DNA of 52,099 nucleotides, the filler included, from Stramenopiles sp. TOSAG23-2 (taxonomy: Eukaryota): NCBI GenBank assembly GCA_900128395.1. It is 3 parts of 3 records of this genome, joined end to end, with 100 filler letters (N's around TTAATTAATTAA, not from the genome) between each part and the next. Parts side by side here need not be neighbours in the genome. Positions count along the whole stretch, not along the records: positions 1 to 17,309 come from LT649650.1; positions 17,410 to 34,711 come from LT649651.1; 1 more part is not named here. The stretch is one strand, 5' to 3'. Made by a program: the position numbers and the translations under genes. Positions 10,541 to 21,077 of the stretch are shown piece by piece. Position 1 is the stretch's first letter. Each line of letters opens with the position of its first letter. Under the pieces are notes generated by a model, which worked only from the letters and a program-made list of their open reading frames with translations, made no database searches and had not been told where the DNA came from.

Positions 10541-13500
10541 TTATCGTCTTCCATCATCTACTGGGATGTCTTGACCCATCAGCTCAAGTAAGCCTTTCCC
10601 ATCTGCATATTCAACATTTTTTAGCGGTGCATCACTGTAAACCCGGACTGTTAGCCTTGCCTCGCAATTTTCCTCGTACGTCGAGCAATACAATGTGTAA
10701 CCTGGTTCGTATTCATTTACGTGAGCTTCTACGGTTATCATCTCAGAATTAATATATTGGCCTGATGTTGCAATTTTATCCCCGCGATAAATGCCTCCAA
10801 CCCGTTTTCCCATCTTTTTCAATAAGAGAACACTCTGATGTTCTTCTGTAGCCATAGGACCAGTAAGCGATCTTTGTTGTACACTAATGTATAATGTACA
10901 TGGCCGGCTAACTTTAATAAGAAAGGATGGGTTATTCGAAGAATTTTTATGTTTTCTTGCTGGGTACCCGCCAGCTGTATTTATGGTATTTCCATTCACT
11001 TTTTTCGCAACTTCCCAGGAAGCTTCCCCGATTGCACTATAAAATTGACCACCATCATTTACCAATCGAAACGTTTGGCATAGGTAAATTTTTGCATAGT
11101 TCTGACAAAAGTCTTGGAATGACATCCAAAAACAACCATCGTCAGCGTTCGTATATCCCAGGCGTTGCTTCATTCTCGATGTCCAATGCGTTTGATCATC
11201 ATCTGACCAATCCCCTTTCCATTCTGTGCAGCCCCATGGATTTCTTAATTGAACCAGTTGATGGTTTCCATTCGCATCGCTTTCCTGCTTCACGTTAAGT
11301 ATAGCATACGCGTGTCCTTGTACGATGCCAGCTTCTGAGATATCAGCATCTGAACCAGAAGGTGAACCAGCTCCCATTAAAAATCCCTTTTTATTGTAAT
11401 TCATTAAACGTTTAAATAAAGCACCACTGTTAATATCAACCGCATTGTCCCCTAAACTGATTGATGAGCCAAAACCTCCTGTGAAATCTACTAGTCCAAC
11501 ATGAACAAATCCACCGTTGATGGCTTCGAATGATCCATGGAATCGTGCATACGCTTTTTCTAGTATAAGTGGCCATAGTTCATTTTCATCACGAGATTTC
11601 GCAAAAATTGGTCTAAACGGTTTGCGGCGATTGTTGCTTTTTCTACATAAAATTCTATCATCAACAAGAACTGGTACCATTTTTCCGCCGCGATAAATAT
11701 TAATGCGAAAATAACCTTTTTTCGCTCTCTCTTTGTTACCTTGTATATCTAACACTTTATCCATATATTCTGGATGACATGCGAGCACTGTCATGGCTGC
11801 AAGCAACCAGCAATCTCCAAGCTCACCTTGCTTAATATCACCATATCCGAAACCTTCATTTTGGTCGCCCTCATCTACAACGACAAGTTGTGGTTCTTGC
11901 ATAAATTTCCCTGGCCGTACCCACAGCATTCCTTGTTTTTCAATCCGATCGGCTGCTTGAACATTTGGATTTATCCGACATGCTATTTTTGGATCCTCAA
12001 ATTTTCTATCTATATACTTTCCATCGCCGTCTTTTTTAAAATCTTTCTCTAGAAGCTGCTCTTCAGTAAGATCGCCACCTGTACCTTGCGCTGCTTGTCT
12101 GGCAAGCATTGCCATCCTATTTCTCTCATTTTCTTCCTTTAATTTTCTAGCATCCTTTTTCCTTTTTTCCTGAAGCTTTTTCTTCCGCTCTGCCCTTCGG
12201 CGTTGTATCTCTCGTCGCTTTGCCTCGCGTGGATCTATCGCATCGTTATTGTTATTCTGTTCATCTCGCCGTTTCCGCTCTTCCTCCTCCTTTCGCCTCT
12301 TACGTTCTGCGTCTCGTTTCTTTCTCCGTGCTTCCAATTCCTTCCTTTTACGCTGGCGTTCTTCCTCGTCGCGATTGGATTCTTCATTACGTTTGCGCTC
12401 CTCTTCGTCCTTGCGCTCTTGCTCTTCCCTCCGGCGCTCTTCCTCCGCTTTCTGGAGCTGCTCCTCCTCAAGGCGCTTTTTTCTCTCCCTTTCTAACCGC
12501 TCTAGCTCGAGATCTTCAGCCTCCTGCCGTCTACGCTCTTCTTCTTCCTCTCGCCGACGCTGTTCCTCTAAGCGTTTTCTAGCTTCCTCTTCTTTTCGTT
12601 TTCGTTCCTCCTCGTCCTTCCTGGCTTGCTCTTGGTTCCTGCGTCTCCATTCCTCTGCTTCTTTGCGTATACGCTCTTCCTCCGCCTTCTTCATTAGCTC
12701 TTTCCTTCTCTCCTCGGCTTTTCGCTCTTCTGCTTCTTTTCGTTTTCGTTCAGCCGCTAACTTTGCTTGTGCTTTTTGAAATGTAAGAGTTAACAATTTA
12801 AAATTCTTAAAAGCTTCCGGTTCAGTAGTTGCCCATGAAAGGACTTCCTTCAAGGTCAACGTCTGCCTGGCAATACTTGCTTTCTTTTGGGCCTCTCGTC
12901 CAAAATATTTTACCAAACTAAATTTTCCTAATACTTCTTGAACTGCTTTCTTTCGGCACCAAGCTAGAAATCCAGAGAAATCTGCTTCAGCCTGAAGCAG
13001 CTGCGAATTTGCATTGAGTTGAACAAACGCTCGGTACAGGACACTTAGCTTTTGGTCTTGAAACTCCGTCGAGCGAAGTGCATGGTCTGTATCAATCAGC
13101 TGTCGAAGCACTGGCTTTAATTCAACTACTTGATTGCTTGCATTGGTATTTCCAGTTCCCCAACCATCTTCATCGTTCGTCTTCTCCTCACCATTGTTTC
13201 CACTATTATTGGCTGCCATTTCAATGTTGACACTGCCTGTCTCGACATTAGTGCCATGCATGGCCTTTTGGTCACATTTGCACTCAAATTTATTGCCATA
13301 AAACTCATTTATTTTATTTTCTATATCACTGATGTCATCCCTGTAATCATCAGCAGATGGTGCTGTCGAACTATCCCATGATTGTTTCATTCGTTCGGTT
13401 TGAAATACAACACTTTCCGTCCTTACTATACTTGGTCCACCAGTACCTCCAATAACTGCTCCTTCAAGGTTTTGCATGGTTGCCTCCCGCTGAATAACAG

Positions 13501-16500
13501 TGCCATCCTTTCCTGCCAAGCCTTCGTGGTGTTTCAACGCCTTTTTCTCCGACTCTTCTAGAACCAATTTAAGGGAATCCCGTTGTTTGCCTGTCATCAT
13601 CCTTTGAAATTCATCCTGTCGCTTAATATTAACAATTGCTTGAGAAAATACTCGCCGTGACAAATATTCAAGTGAAAGTGTTAAACAGAACATAGATACC
13701 AATGCAACTGAAGCGAATCCCATTCCAACATATACAGGCGATATAAATATTGTTGCTACTACGCCCCATATAAACACTACGTATAAGCATAGAAAAGCAT
13801 TGAATATGCCAAAATATTCTACTTTAACATTATTAGTATCAGGATCCCAAACAAATACTGGGAAGATAGTCTCCGAAAATAGTAGGTGACCTTTTAAATA
13901 CGCTGGGTACAGCGATACAACAGAAGCTCCAAGTGCAAGACCGCAAATAGTGAACCAGCTAGCAGAAAATGCGACAAATGCGTTTGTGCCTGATCCAGCA
14001 AGACCTGCTAGAAAACCTCCAGCAATTATTGTGCATAGAACTGTAACAAGCAAAATCTTATGTATTTTTGGCAAATAATAATTATTCTTGATCCAGGTAA
14101 ATATTGTTCCAACTAAGAAGAGAAACAATCCTTGTGCAATTAATAAAATAACCCCAATAACTGTTTCACCAAAGAGCACTATTACGCATACGTTGAATAC
14201 TACAAGAATGACTTGGCTAGTTATGCCACAAACAATAACAAACTTGCCCATCTCCCAATTGTCATCCCTTAATTTGTATAATGCTATACATATTAATACA
14301 ATCGTTGGATACATAAACAAACTGAACAATGTTCCAGCCGAGTTGAGATCCACTTCACCTTCCTGTATGACATTGAAAATGTATAGATGGAAGCTCAAAT
14401 GCATTGCGAAACAAAATACTCCCATAAATGTCATAAAAGTTGACACTTGCAATCTATTAAACCATTCAACTATTGGTATTATAGTTGCCGTCACGAGCAG
14501 CGTAATAAAAATAATTGCAGATCCCATTCCCTTCACCCATAAATTTGAGCTGGTTTCCATCAACTGTATACCTAAACCCCAAAAAATCGTTGAAAGAAGA
14601 AATGTCCCTACTAATCCAAACATTACATAATCTCCGTGTGGAAGACCTCCACGGATGAATGCAACGAAAGCATTTGTTCCTCGAAACTCCCCTTTTGACC
14701 AATTTCGATAAAAATTTACAAGATCGCAGCAGCATTTTCCGCGTTTTACGCATAGTGGAGCACCTGTTGAGTAGCCTTTAGTATCACAAATACTGACTTT
14801 ATAAACCGTATCCCAATACAAGGCACCGTCTTTCTCCGTCAATTGTTTGGGTTGATTATTGCCATCGCTTCCATTATCCTCATCATCGTTGTCGCGACCG
14901 TTTTTTTCCTCTCCATCGATCAGCGTTGATGGGTTACCCTCTTCTATTACCTCCGTATCTGCTTCGTGTTTCCACAAACTACGTCTGGATAAGATATTAA
15001 AATCTTTTGCCCTCCACCGAGTGTACCAAAACATTAGAGATAATATTATTAACGGGAAAAATATCGCGGTAAATAGTATGTGTGGTGTCGATGTGCCATC
15101 GTTGATTGTCAGTATGAAGAGGGTAACGCCTCCAGTGACAGTGACAACATAGAATATAATTGTAATGAGCATAGTTTGACGGCCAAAATAAAAATATTCT
15201 TTACTGTCTTGCAACAATGCATCTGTACGTGCGGAACGAACAGTCCAATAAAAAAATAGAAACACAGCAGTACCATATAATGAACCAAATCCAAATTCCG
15301 ATTGCTTATGATTCTTGCCAAGAATATTAATATCTAACATATCTATAGAACGTATGATAACAACTACAAGCAGTAACATAAAAGCAAATACGAGTATTGC
15401 AAATATAAGAACTGGATTTGATGATATTTTATTAACTGCAGAACCGAATTTACTCAATTCAACATCGCCTGCGATCGATATGTTCTTATCTAAATCCTGT
15501 TCTGTTGTTTCCGCTGCTTCTGAATCGTCTTTGCTTGCTTTTTCTGCGGCTTCAGCATCTGCTTCTTCTTTTGCATCTAACGATTTATCCATGCGAGCAT
15601 CAATTATTACTTTTGCAATAACAACGCCAAAAATAAAAAACATTGTAGATTGGCCGATAAACCAATATCTAAAGCCGAAGCTAATTAAGCCTGCACGACA
15701 AAGCAGCATAATTATAAACATTGTGTGTGGCCGAGTAACATAATTTCCTTTCCATAATAAATATAGAATAAAATCGAGCAACAGAATGGCGCAGGAAACT
15801 GCAACGCTAACCGTTATCACTCCTTCTTTCACTCTATTTGAACCACCCGCAGCAAATGTGCCAATATAACATAACAAAATTAACACTGAGAAGATATATA
15901 GCATTGCGTTTTTATTTGCGCTGACTTGGCTTTGGAAATTAATTATTGGAATTTTTAGTTCGACATGATTATTTTCCTCTGCGTCCACATCATATGTTTT
16001 TTCCTCTTTGTTTGGATTATTGCCATTTTTCCTTGCATCAGGCATGGGATTTTCTGTATTTGTTGATGAATGTTTTCCATCCGATGTCGAGTCCACTCTT
16101 CCTCTTTGTTTCCATAATTTTTTAGTCATAGCGACGTCTGGTTCGTTTGAATGAACAAGGACAATAAGCGGCAGTAAGTTCAAGGTCATAAAAGCCCATG
16201 ATACACCTGTAAAATCCAATGTCTCCTCCACTAATACAGCTACAAATTCAAATAGAAGAAGTAAAGATAATGATACTCCAAAAAGGGACTTCAATAAGAG
16301 TTTTGAATTGCGGATGTACAATGACCATCCATTAGCTTTCCAGAGACAAAATGCATAAAGTTTTAAGATCCAGCCAACCCAAAGCGTTAGCATTCCGATA
16401 CCCATCATTGGCGCGTTTGGTATGCCATTGAACGTGACTACGCCCCATATTAATAATAGCAGGAGCGGGGATAACAGAAACAATTGGATTAATTTGGTTA

Positions 16501-16828
16501 TCCACCATATGCGACAACCAACTTTTTTTAAGTCTTCTTCAGGAGATTTCTTTTCGGTACACTTAGAGCATATACCAGAAATTACAATCCAAGCATCGAC
16601 TCTGTCGAATCGAAATTGTAGCTTCTTCCACAAAATGAGCCATGACGAAAATGTAAGTAACATAAATGGTATCCCAAAAAACAGGAAGTAATTGAAAAAA
16701 GCTGCCCTTTCCGTACTTCCAAATTTTAAAAGAATTCCACCATACCCTAAAGAACTAGAAGTTGCAGTAGATATAACAGTTGTCACATTTCCGACATATG
16801 GATATGCTGTGGTTGTTGCGTTTGACAT
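10541..16828 (-). CDS. Multi-pass transmembrane calpain, DEK1/TML-calpain-like (TM region, ER/K helix, CysPc, C2-like domain)
   Basis: Roughly 20 hydrophobic segments in the first ~1060 aa. Catalytic motifs IKQGELGDCWLLAA (Cys), ELWPLILEKAYA, GHAY (His) and LRNPWG (Asn). C-terminal domain-III-like NTAGG..NPSFLI..STYE. Confidence 0.9.
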   Translation of the reverse strand: MSNATTTAYPYVGNVTTVISTATSSSLGYGGILLKFGSTERAAFFNYFLFFGIPFMLLTFSSWLILWKKLQFRFDRVDAWIVISGICSKCTEKKSPEEDLKKVGCRIWWITKLIQLFLLSPLLLLLIWGVVTFNGIPNAPMMGIGMLTLWVGWILKLYAFCLWKANGWSLYIRNSKLLLKSLFGVSLSLLLLFEFVAVLVEETLDFTGVSWAFMTLNLLPLIVLVHSNEPDVAMTKKLWKQRGRVDSTSDGKHSSTNTENPMPDARKNGNNPNKEEKTYDVDAEENNHVELKIPIINFQSQVSANKNAMLYIFSVLILLCYIGTFAAGGSNRVKEGVITVSVAVSCAILLLDFILYLLWKGNYVTRPHTMFIIMLLCRAGLISFGFRYWFIGQSTMFFIFGVVIAKVIIDARMDKSLDAKEEADAEAAEKASKDDSEAAETTEQDLDKNISIAGDVELSKFGSAVNKISSNPVLIFAILVFAFMLLLVVVIIRSIDMLDINILGKNHKQSEFGFGSLYGTAVFLFFYWTVRSARTDALLQDSKEYFYFGRQTMLITIIFYVVTVTGGVTLFILTINDGTSTPHILFTAIFFPLIILSLMFWYTRWRAKDFNILSRRSLWKHEADTEVIEEGNPSTLIDGEEKNGRDNDDEDNGSDGNNQPKQLTEKDGALYWDTVYKVSICDTKGYSTGAPLCVKRGKCCCDLVNFYRNWSKGEFRGTNAFVAFIRGGLPHGDYVMFGLVGTFLLSTIFWGLGIQLMETSSNLWVKGMGSAIIFITLLVTATIIPIVEWFNRLQVSTFMTFMGVFCFAMHLSFHLYIFNVIQEGEVDLNSAGTLFSLFMYPTIVLICIALYKLRDDNWEMGKFVIVCGITSQVILVVFNVCVIVLFGETVIGVILLIAQGLFLFLVGTIFTWIKNNYYLPKIHKILLVTVLCTIIAGGFLAGLAGSGTNAFVAFSASWFTICGLALGASVVSLYPAYLKGHLLFSETIFPVFVWDPDTNNVKVEYFGIFNAFLCLYVVFIWGVVATIFISPVYVGMGFASVALVSMFCLTLSLEYLSRRVFSQAIVNIKRQDEFQRMMTGKQRDSLKLVLEESEKKALKHHEGLAGKDGTVIQREATMQNLEGAVIGGTGGPSIVRTESVVFQTERMKQSWDSSTAPSADDYRDDISDIENKINEFYGNKFECKCDQKAMHGTNVETGSVNIEMAANNSGNNGEEKTNDEDGWGTGNTNASNQVVELKPVLRQLIDTDHALRSTEFQDQKLSVLYRAFVQLNANSQLLQAEADFSGFLAWCRKKAVQEVLGKFSLVKYFGREAQKKASIARQTLTLKEVLSWATTEPEAFKNFKLLTLTFQKAQAKLAAERKRKEAEERKAEERRKELMKKAEEERIRKEAEEWRRRNQEQARKDEEERKRKEEEARKRLEEQRRREEEEERRRQEAEDLELERLERERKKRLEEEQLQKAEEERRREEQERKDEEERKRNEESNRDEEERQRKRKELEARRKKRDAERKRRKEEEERKRRDEQNNNNDAIDPREAKRREIQRRRAERKKKLQEKRKKDARKLKEENERNRMAMLARQAAQGTGGDLTEEQLLEKDFKKDGDGKYIDRKFEDPKIACRINPNVQAADRIEKQGMLWVRPGKFMQEPQLVVVDEGDQNEGFGYGDIKQGELGDCWLLAAMTVLACHPEYMDKVLDIQGNKERAKKGYFRINIYRGGKMVPVLVDDRILCRKSNNRRKPFRPIFAKSRDENELWPLILEKAYARFHGSFEAINGGFVHVGLVDFTGGFGSSISLGDNAVDINSGALFKRLMNYNKKGFLMGAGSPSGSDADISEAGIVQGHAYAILNVKQESDANGNHQLVQLRNPWGCTEWKGDWSDDDQTHWTSRMKQRLGYTNADDGCFWMSFQDFCQNYAKIYLCQTFRLVNDGGQFYSAIGEASWEVAKKVNGNTINTAGGYPARKHKNSSNNPSFLIKVSRPCTLYISVQQRSLTGPMATEEHQSVLLLKKMGKRVGGIYRGDKIATSGQYINSEMITVEAHVNEYEPGYTLYCSTYEENCEARLTVRVYSDAPLKNVEYADGKGLLELMGQDIPVDDGRR

Positions 16829-17149
16829 GATCAGTTCTTGTATTTTTTTTTTATTTCTATATATAGTTTGTGCAATATAGTATCTTTTTATGTCTCGCCG
16901 TTAATTAAACATTTTTAAATTACTAATGATTTAATAATTATTATTTATTATTTATTACAAGAAGTGTATATACTTGTATTATTGCCAGATGATTTGCCAG
17001 GAGATTGCTATTTTAATTCCTGGAATTTTATTACAAATAGTTTGCGATCAACATGGCCCACCTGGAAAAACACGACGCCCCCCCCCCCCTTCCCCCCCCC
17101 GCCAAAATACCTTGAAATCGTCAAAAAAACAACAAAATCTTTAAAATAT

Positions 17150-17308
17150 TAAAAAATTGTATTGTTATTTTATTTTAATACTATCAAAACTTGTACTTAA
17201 TTATAAACTGCAGTGTGAGAGAAAATCGTGAAAATCTTAAAACATTGCAGTTTATAATTAAGTACAAGTTTTGATAGTATTAAAATAAAATAACAATACA
17301 ATTTTTTA
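17150..17308. repeat. 63-bp perfect inverted repeat with 33-bp spacer at a contig end
   Basis: 17150-17212 is the exact reverse complement of 17246-17308. Confidence 0.9.
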
Positions 17309-17309
17309 T

Positions 17310-17409
17310 NNNNNNNNNNNNNNNNNNNNNNNNNNNNNNNNNNNNNNNNNNNNTTAATTAATTAANNNNNNNNNNNNNNNNNNNNNNNNNNNNNNNNNNN
17401 NNNNNNNNN
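17310..17409. other. Artificial contig-joining spacer
   Basis: N44 + TTAATTAATTAA (stops in all frames) + N44, exactly 100 nt. Confidence 0.97.
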
Positions 17410-17473
17410 ACGAGAATATTGGGATTATACCTATCTTTTTCGTCCTGCACTGGTTATTGGGTCCTCTCATATA

Positions 17474-18274
17474 CTAGGAAGTACGGTGCTTCTGATCCGT
17501 ATTAGATCTATTTGTGGAAGTTTCTCTTGAAAGAAACCAGCGGGTTACAGTAAATTTAAACGTGTCCGTCCCTAATTCCTGAAACTTATAAGTTTCACGT
17601 ATTTGCAATGGAAATATTTGTGATAAATAAAAAACCATTACGAATACAAACTTAATTATTATCGTGATGTTGATCGTGGGAAAAATCGTAACCGATTTAA
17701 AAACCCCCGAACTCGTTTTGTCGTATAAGATACCCTGGTATCTTTTAATTCTTTGATGTTGTTTCGTATCTTTAATTATACGTAAACTATTTTTGTTCAT
17801 TTGTATTAATTGTTGCAAGTTTCCTTGTCTCTGCAATAAATCTCTATTTAACCTTGATGGTCGACCATCTTGGTTCCTCTTTATATTTATTATGTTTATC
17901 CTTATATATTGTTTTTGTTGGTTAAGTACATAATCTAATATTTGACATTTTTTCTCGCCCCCTCTAACTCTATGTAGTCTGCTTTGCCAAAACTTAAATT
18001 GTCCTACTATTTCCATATACTTCAAAAGAAAAAGTCGCACTTTTAATTCGTGAAATAGGGTTATGGTTAACACTTGAAAAAACCCTAATGTTATTCTATG
18101 TCTCTTGTTGCCCTTATTTTTGCCCCCCTCATTTTGTTCTTGGTTTTTGTTGCAGTTTTGTCGCAGTTTTTCATCGACAAGTTTTCTTTTTTTGACAATA
18201 CATCGTAATGCTATGTCCACCCTAATGTGATTTATATTCTGATTTCGAATAAATTTCACTTTTTTGAATGTCAT
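17474..18274 (-). CDS. Orphan basic ORF, 266 aa, no recognisable domain
   Basis: 801-nt open frame in AT-rich DNA, K/R/Q/I/N-rich. No motif recognised, so coding status is uncertain. Confidence 0.35.
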   Translation of the reverse strand: MTFKKVKFIRNQNINHIRVDIALRCIVKKRKLVDEKLRQNCNKNQEQNEGGKNKGNKRHRITLGFFQVLTITLFHELKVRLFLLKYMEIVGQFKFWQSRLHRVRGGEKKCQILDYVLNQQKQYIRINIINIKRNQDGRPSRLNRDLLQRQGNLQQLIQMNKNSLRIIKDTKQHQRIKRYQGILYDKTSSGVFKSVTIFPTINITIIIKFVFVMVFYLSQIFPLQIRETYKFQELGTDTFKFTVTRWFLSRETSTNRSNTDQKHRTS

Positions 18275-18540
18275 TCTGTGATCCTAGAATACCCTAGTTT
18301 CTGCAGATCGTCATGATTAAGCAAAACTGTTAAAGAATGATCTTGAAAGATTGCCCTTTCCATTCCTCTCGATAAATCGACTCCTGAACACTTGAGGATT
18401 CTGGCCATCCCCATTTCATTCTCCATTAAATAGAACGTCTTACGTCCGATGAGATCACCAATATTTTTATATGTGAACTTAGTTCCAATATATCCTAGTC
18501 CTTGTCTTGTAAAATAAGCCTTTGAACATCGTTTCTCCAA
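18271..18540 (-). CDS. Orphan ORF, about 89 aa (frame open from about 18597), overlapping the next ORF by ATGA
   Basis: TTG start in the ORF track; its TGA overlaps the ATG of the 266-aa ORF. No motif recognised. Confidence 0.25.
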   Translation of the reverse strand: MEKRCSKAYFTRQGLGYIGTKFTYKNIGDLIGRKTFYLMENEMGMARILKCSGVDLSRGMERAIFQDHSLTVLLNHDDLQKLGYSRITE

Positions 18541-19222
18541 TTTTACTGACTTACTACTAGTTTTTACATCCCTGTTAGTGATTAAACTTATACACTTTTA
18601 ACTTATACACTTTTTTCAACTTTAGAAATTTTTAATTTTTAAAAATTAAATATCTCAATAATTATTTTATAACGATTTATAATAATTTTATATATATACT
18701 AAAACAATCAAATACACAATATATCTGATTGTCAAAGGACGTATATATATATTAACGGATTTTCCTTTGTGCCGCCCTAAAAGTCAAGGACCTAGATTAA
18801 TGCCGCCCGGGAATAATTTTCAATAAAAATATTGTTGTATTTTTGTTTGACTCTCCCTTAACACGGTGGTGATAATACTGTATTATACTGTACTGTAGCA
18901 ATCTATACTAGCTAGCTCTAGCTCGCTCCTTTTATACGACATCAAAAATATACTATATTTAGAACATAGCATCGACACACCATTTGAAACAACAAGAAGA
19001 ACAAATCTTTTTCTTCTAAGTAGACGACTACTACTGGACTACCAAGTAGCTAAATGTGCAAATTGGAGAGATATGGAGTTGAAGAAAAAAATGAATATAG
19101 ATATATATTAAGCAACAAAACCATTACGATATCTTTTATGACAATTTATATTAATACATGAAATATAACAACAAATCTATTCAACGTACAGATTCATAGA
19201 TACAATCAAAGAAACGAAAGAC

Positions 19223-21066
19223 ATGATGTTAAATATTATTAAACAATCTGCTACACGTACAACGAGACGTATTGGTTATGTAAACAAATGCTTTATGTCA
19301 ACATTACCTGATAGTGGATTAGTTGAATGTGTACCTAATTTCTCAGAAGGACAAGATGAAAATGTTATTAATGCCATAGCAGAAGCATGTCGTGCAACAC
19401 CGGGTTGTAACTTAGTAGATGTTGATTTATGTCAACATTACCTGATAGTGGATTAGTTGAATGTGTACCTAATTTCTCAGAAGGACAAGATGAAAATGTT
19501 ATTAATGCCATAGCAGAAGCATGTCGTGCAACACCGGGTTGTAACTTAGTAGATGTTGACCCTGGATATTCAACTAATCGCACAGTTTTTACTTTTGTAG
19601 GTACACCAGCTGCAGCTGTGGAAGGAGCAATAAATATGGCAAAAGTTGCAAAGGAGAAAATTGATATGGCTACACATAAAGGGGAACATCCACGTTTTGG
19701 TGCTATGGATGTATGCCCGTTCGTTCCAATACGTGGTGCAACTATGGATACATGTGTTGATTGTGCCAATGAGTTTGGGCGTCGTATGGATGAAGAATTA
19801 AATTTATCGGTATATATGTACGAACATGCAGCAAAAGAAGATTATAGGCGATTTTTACCTGATATTAGACAAGGGGAATATGAAGCAATCTCATCAAGAA
19901 TAACTCAAGATAAATGGAAACCAGATTATGGTCCTGCGGAATTTAATTCAAAATGGGGTGTCACAGCATCTGGTGCGCGAAAATTCCTTGTTGCATATAA
20001 TATTAATTTATTAGGTACAAAACAACAAGCTATTCGAATTGCATTGAATTTACGTGAACAAGGACGTGGACCTGGTAAAGAAGGTAGATTAGGAAAGGTT
20101 AAAGGAATAGGATGGTATGTTGATGAATACAAGATGGCACAAATATCCTTTAATTTACTTGATACCGATGTTACCTCCGTTCATGAAGCATTTGAAGCGG
20201 TGAAAGAGGAAGCGGAGAAGCTAGACATTGCAGTCGTAGGATCGGAAATAGTTGGGTTGATACCGTTACAAGATATTTTAAAAGCATCTGATTATTACAT
20301 GGACAAAGAAAATTTATTTATTACAGACGAAGAGCAACGTGTACGCTTAGCAATTGAACGTATGGGGCTAAATTCATGTGCTGTATTTAAACCAGAGGAA
20401 AGAATTATTGATTATGTTGCAAAAGATGACAATGCGGAAGAATTGGCATCGATGAGTGTGCGTGATTTCGTTGAAATTTTAGGTGCAAGGACTGCAGCTC
20501 CGGGTGGTGGCTCAGCAGCTGCGCTTGTTGCATCAATGGGTGCGGGTTTAGGTGCTATGATGGGATGGATGACATTCGGTAGTAAAAAATGGGAAGCGTT
20601 AGATGGTACAATGAGAAAATTGATTGGACCAATGCATGATGCGATGATGGATTTGATACCGATGATTGATGCGGATACAGATGCATTTACAGAATTTGTT
20701 AACGCATCAAGATTGCCAAAAAACACTCCGGAGGAAATTGAAGCGAGAGATGCTGCTATGGAAGAAGGTTTAAAGACAGCAATTAGGGTGCCATTAAAAG
20801 TCATGGAAATAGGTGATTCCTGTTGGAACAATATGGAAGAATTAGCAAAACATGGGAATATGAGTAGTGTTTCCGATTTAGAAGTTGGTGCTCGCTCATT
20901 GGAATTGGGAATATGGGGTGCATATCGAAATGTTGTTGTTAATATGAAAGATATCAATGATGAACAATGGGAAAAAGACACAATGAAATATGCAGATGAA
21001 ATGGTTGAACGTGCGAAAACTCGTTCGGAAAACGTATTAAATATTTTAGAGGAGAGAGATGTATAA
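19223..21066 (+). CDS. FTCD: Formimidoyltransferase-cyclodeaminase, bifunctional; apparent frameshift caused by a 134-bp duplication
   Basis: Motifs [62 protein letters not shown] and [10 protein letters not shown]. Removing one duplicate copy gives a continuous 569-aa ORF from ATG 19223. Confidence 0.95.
19292..19559. repeat. Exact 134-bp tandem duplication, likely assembly artefact
   Basis: 19292-19425 is identical to 19426-19559. Confidence 0.9.
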
Positions 21067-21077
21067 TAACTACTACA

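Noticed and set aside
12203-12779. Several overlapping antisense and alternate-frame ORFs in the calpain gene
   Set aside because: Shadows of the low-complexity ER/K coding tract. The same applies to the ORFs over 25996-26837 and the short ORFs opposite the giant genes.
17354-17365. TTAATTAATTAA palindrome inside N runs (also 34756-34767)
   Set aside because: Identical 100-nt spacer at both sites; an artificial linker, not biology.
19223-19456. FTCD as a pseudogene or separate 77-aa ORF
   Set aside because: Fully explained by an exact 134-bp duplication; the rest of the gene is intact.
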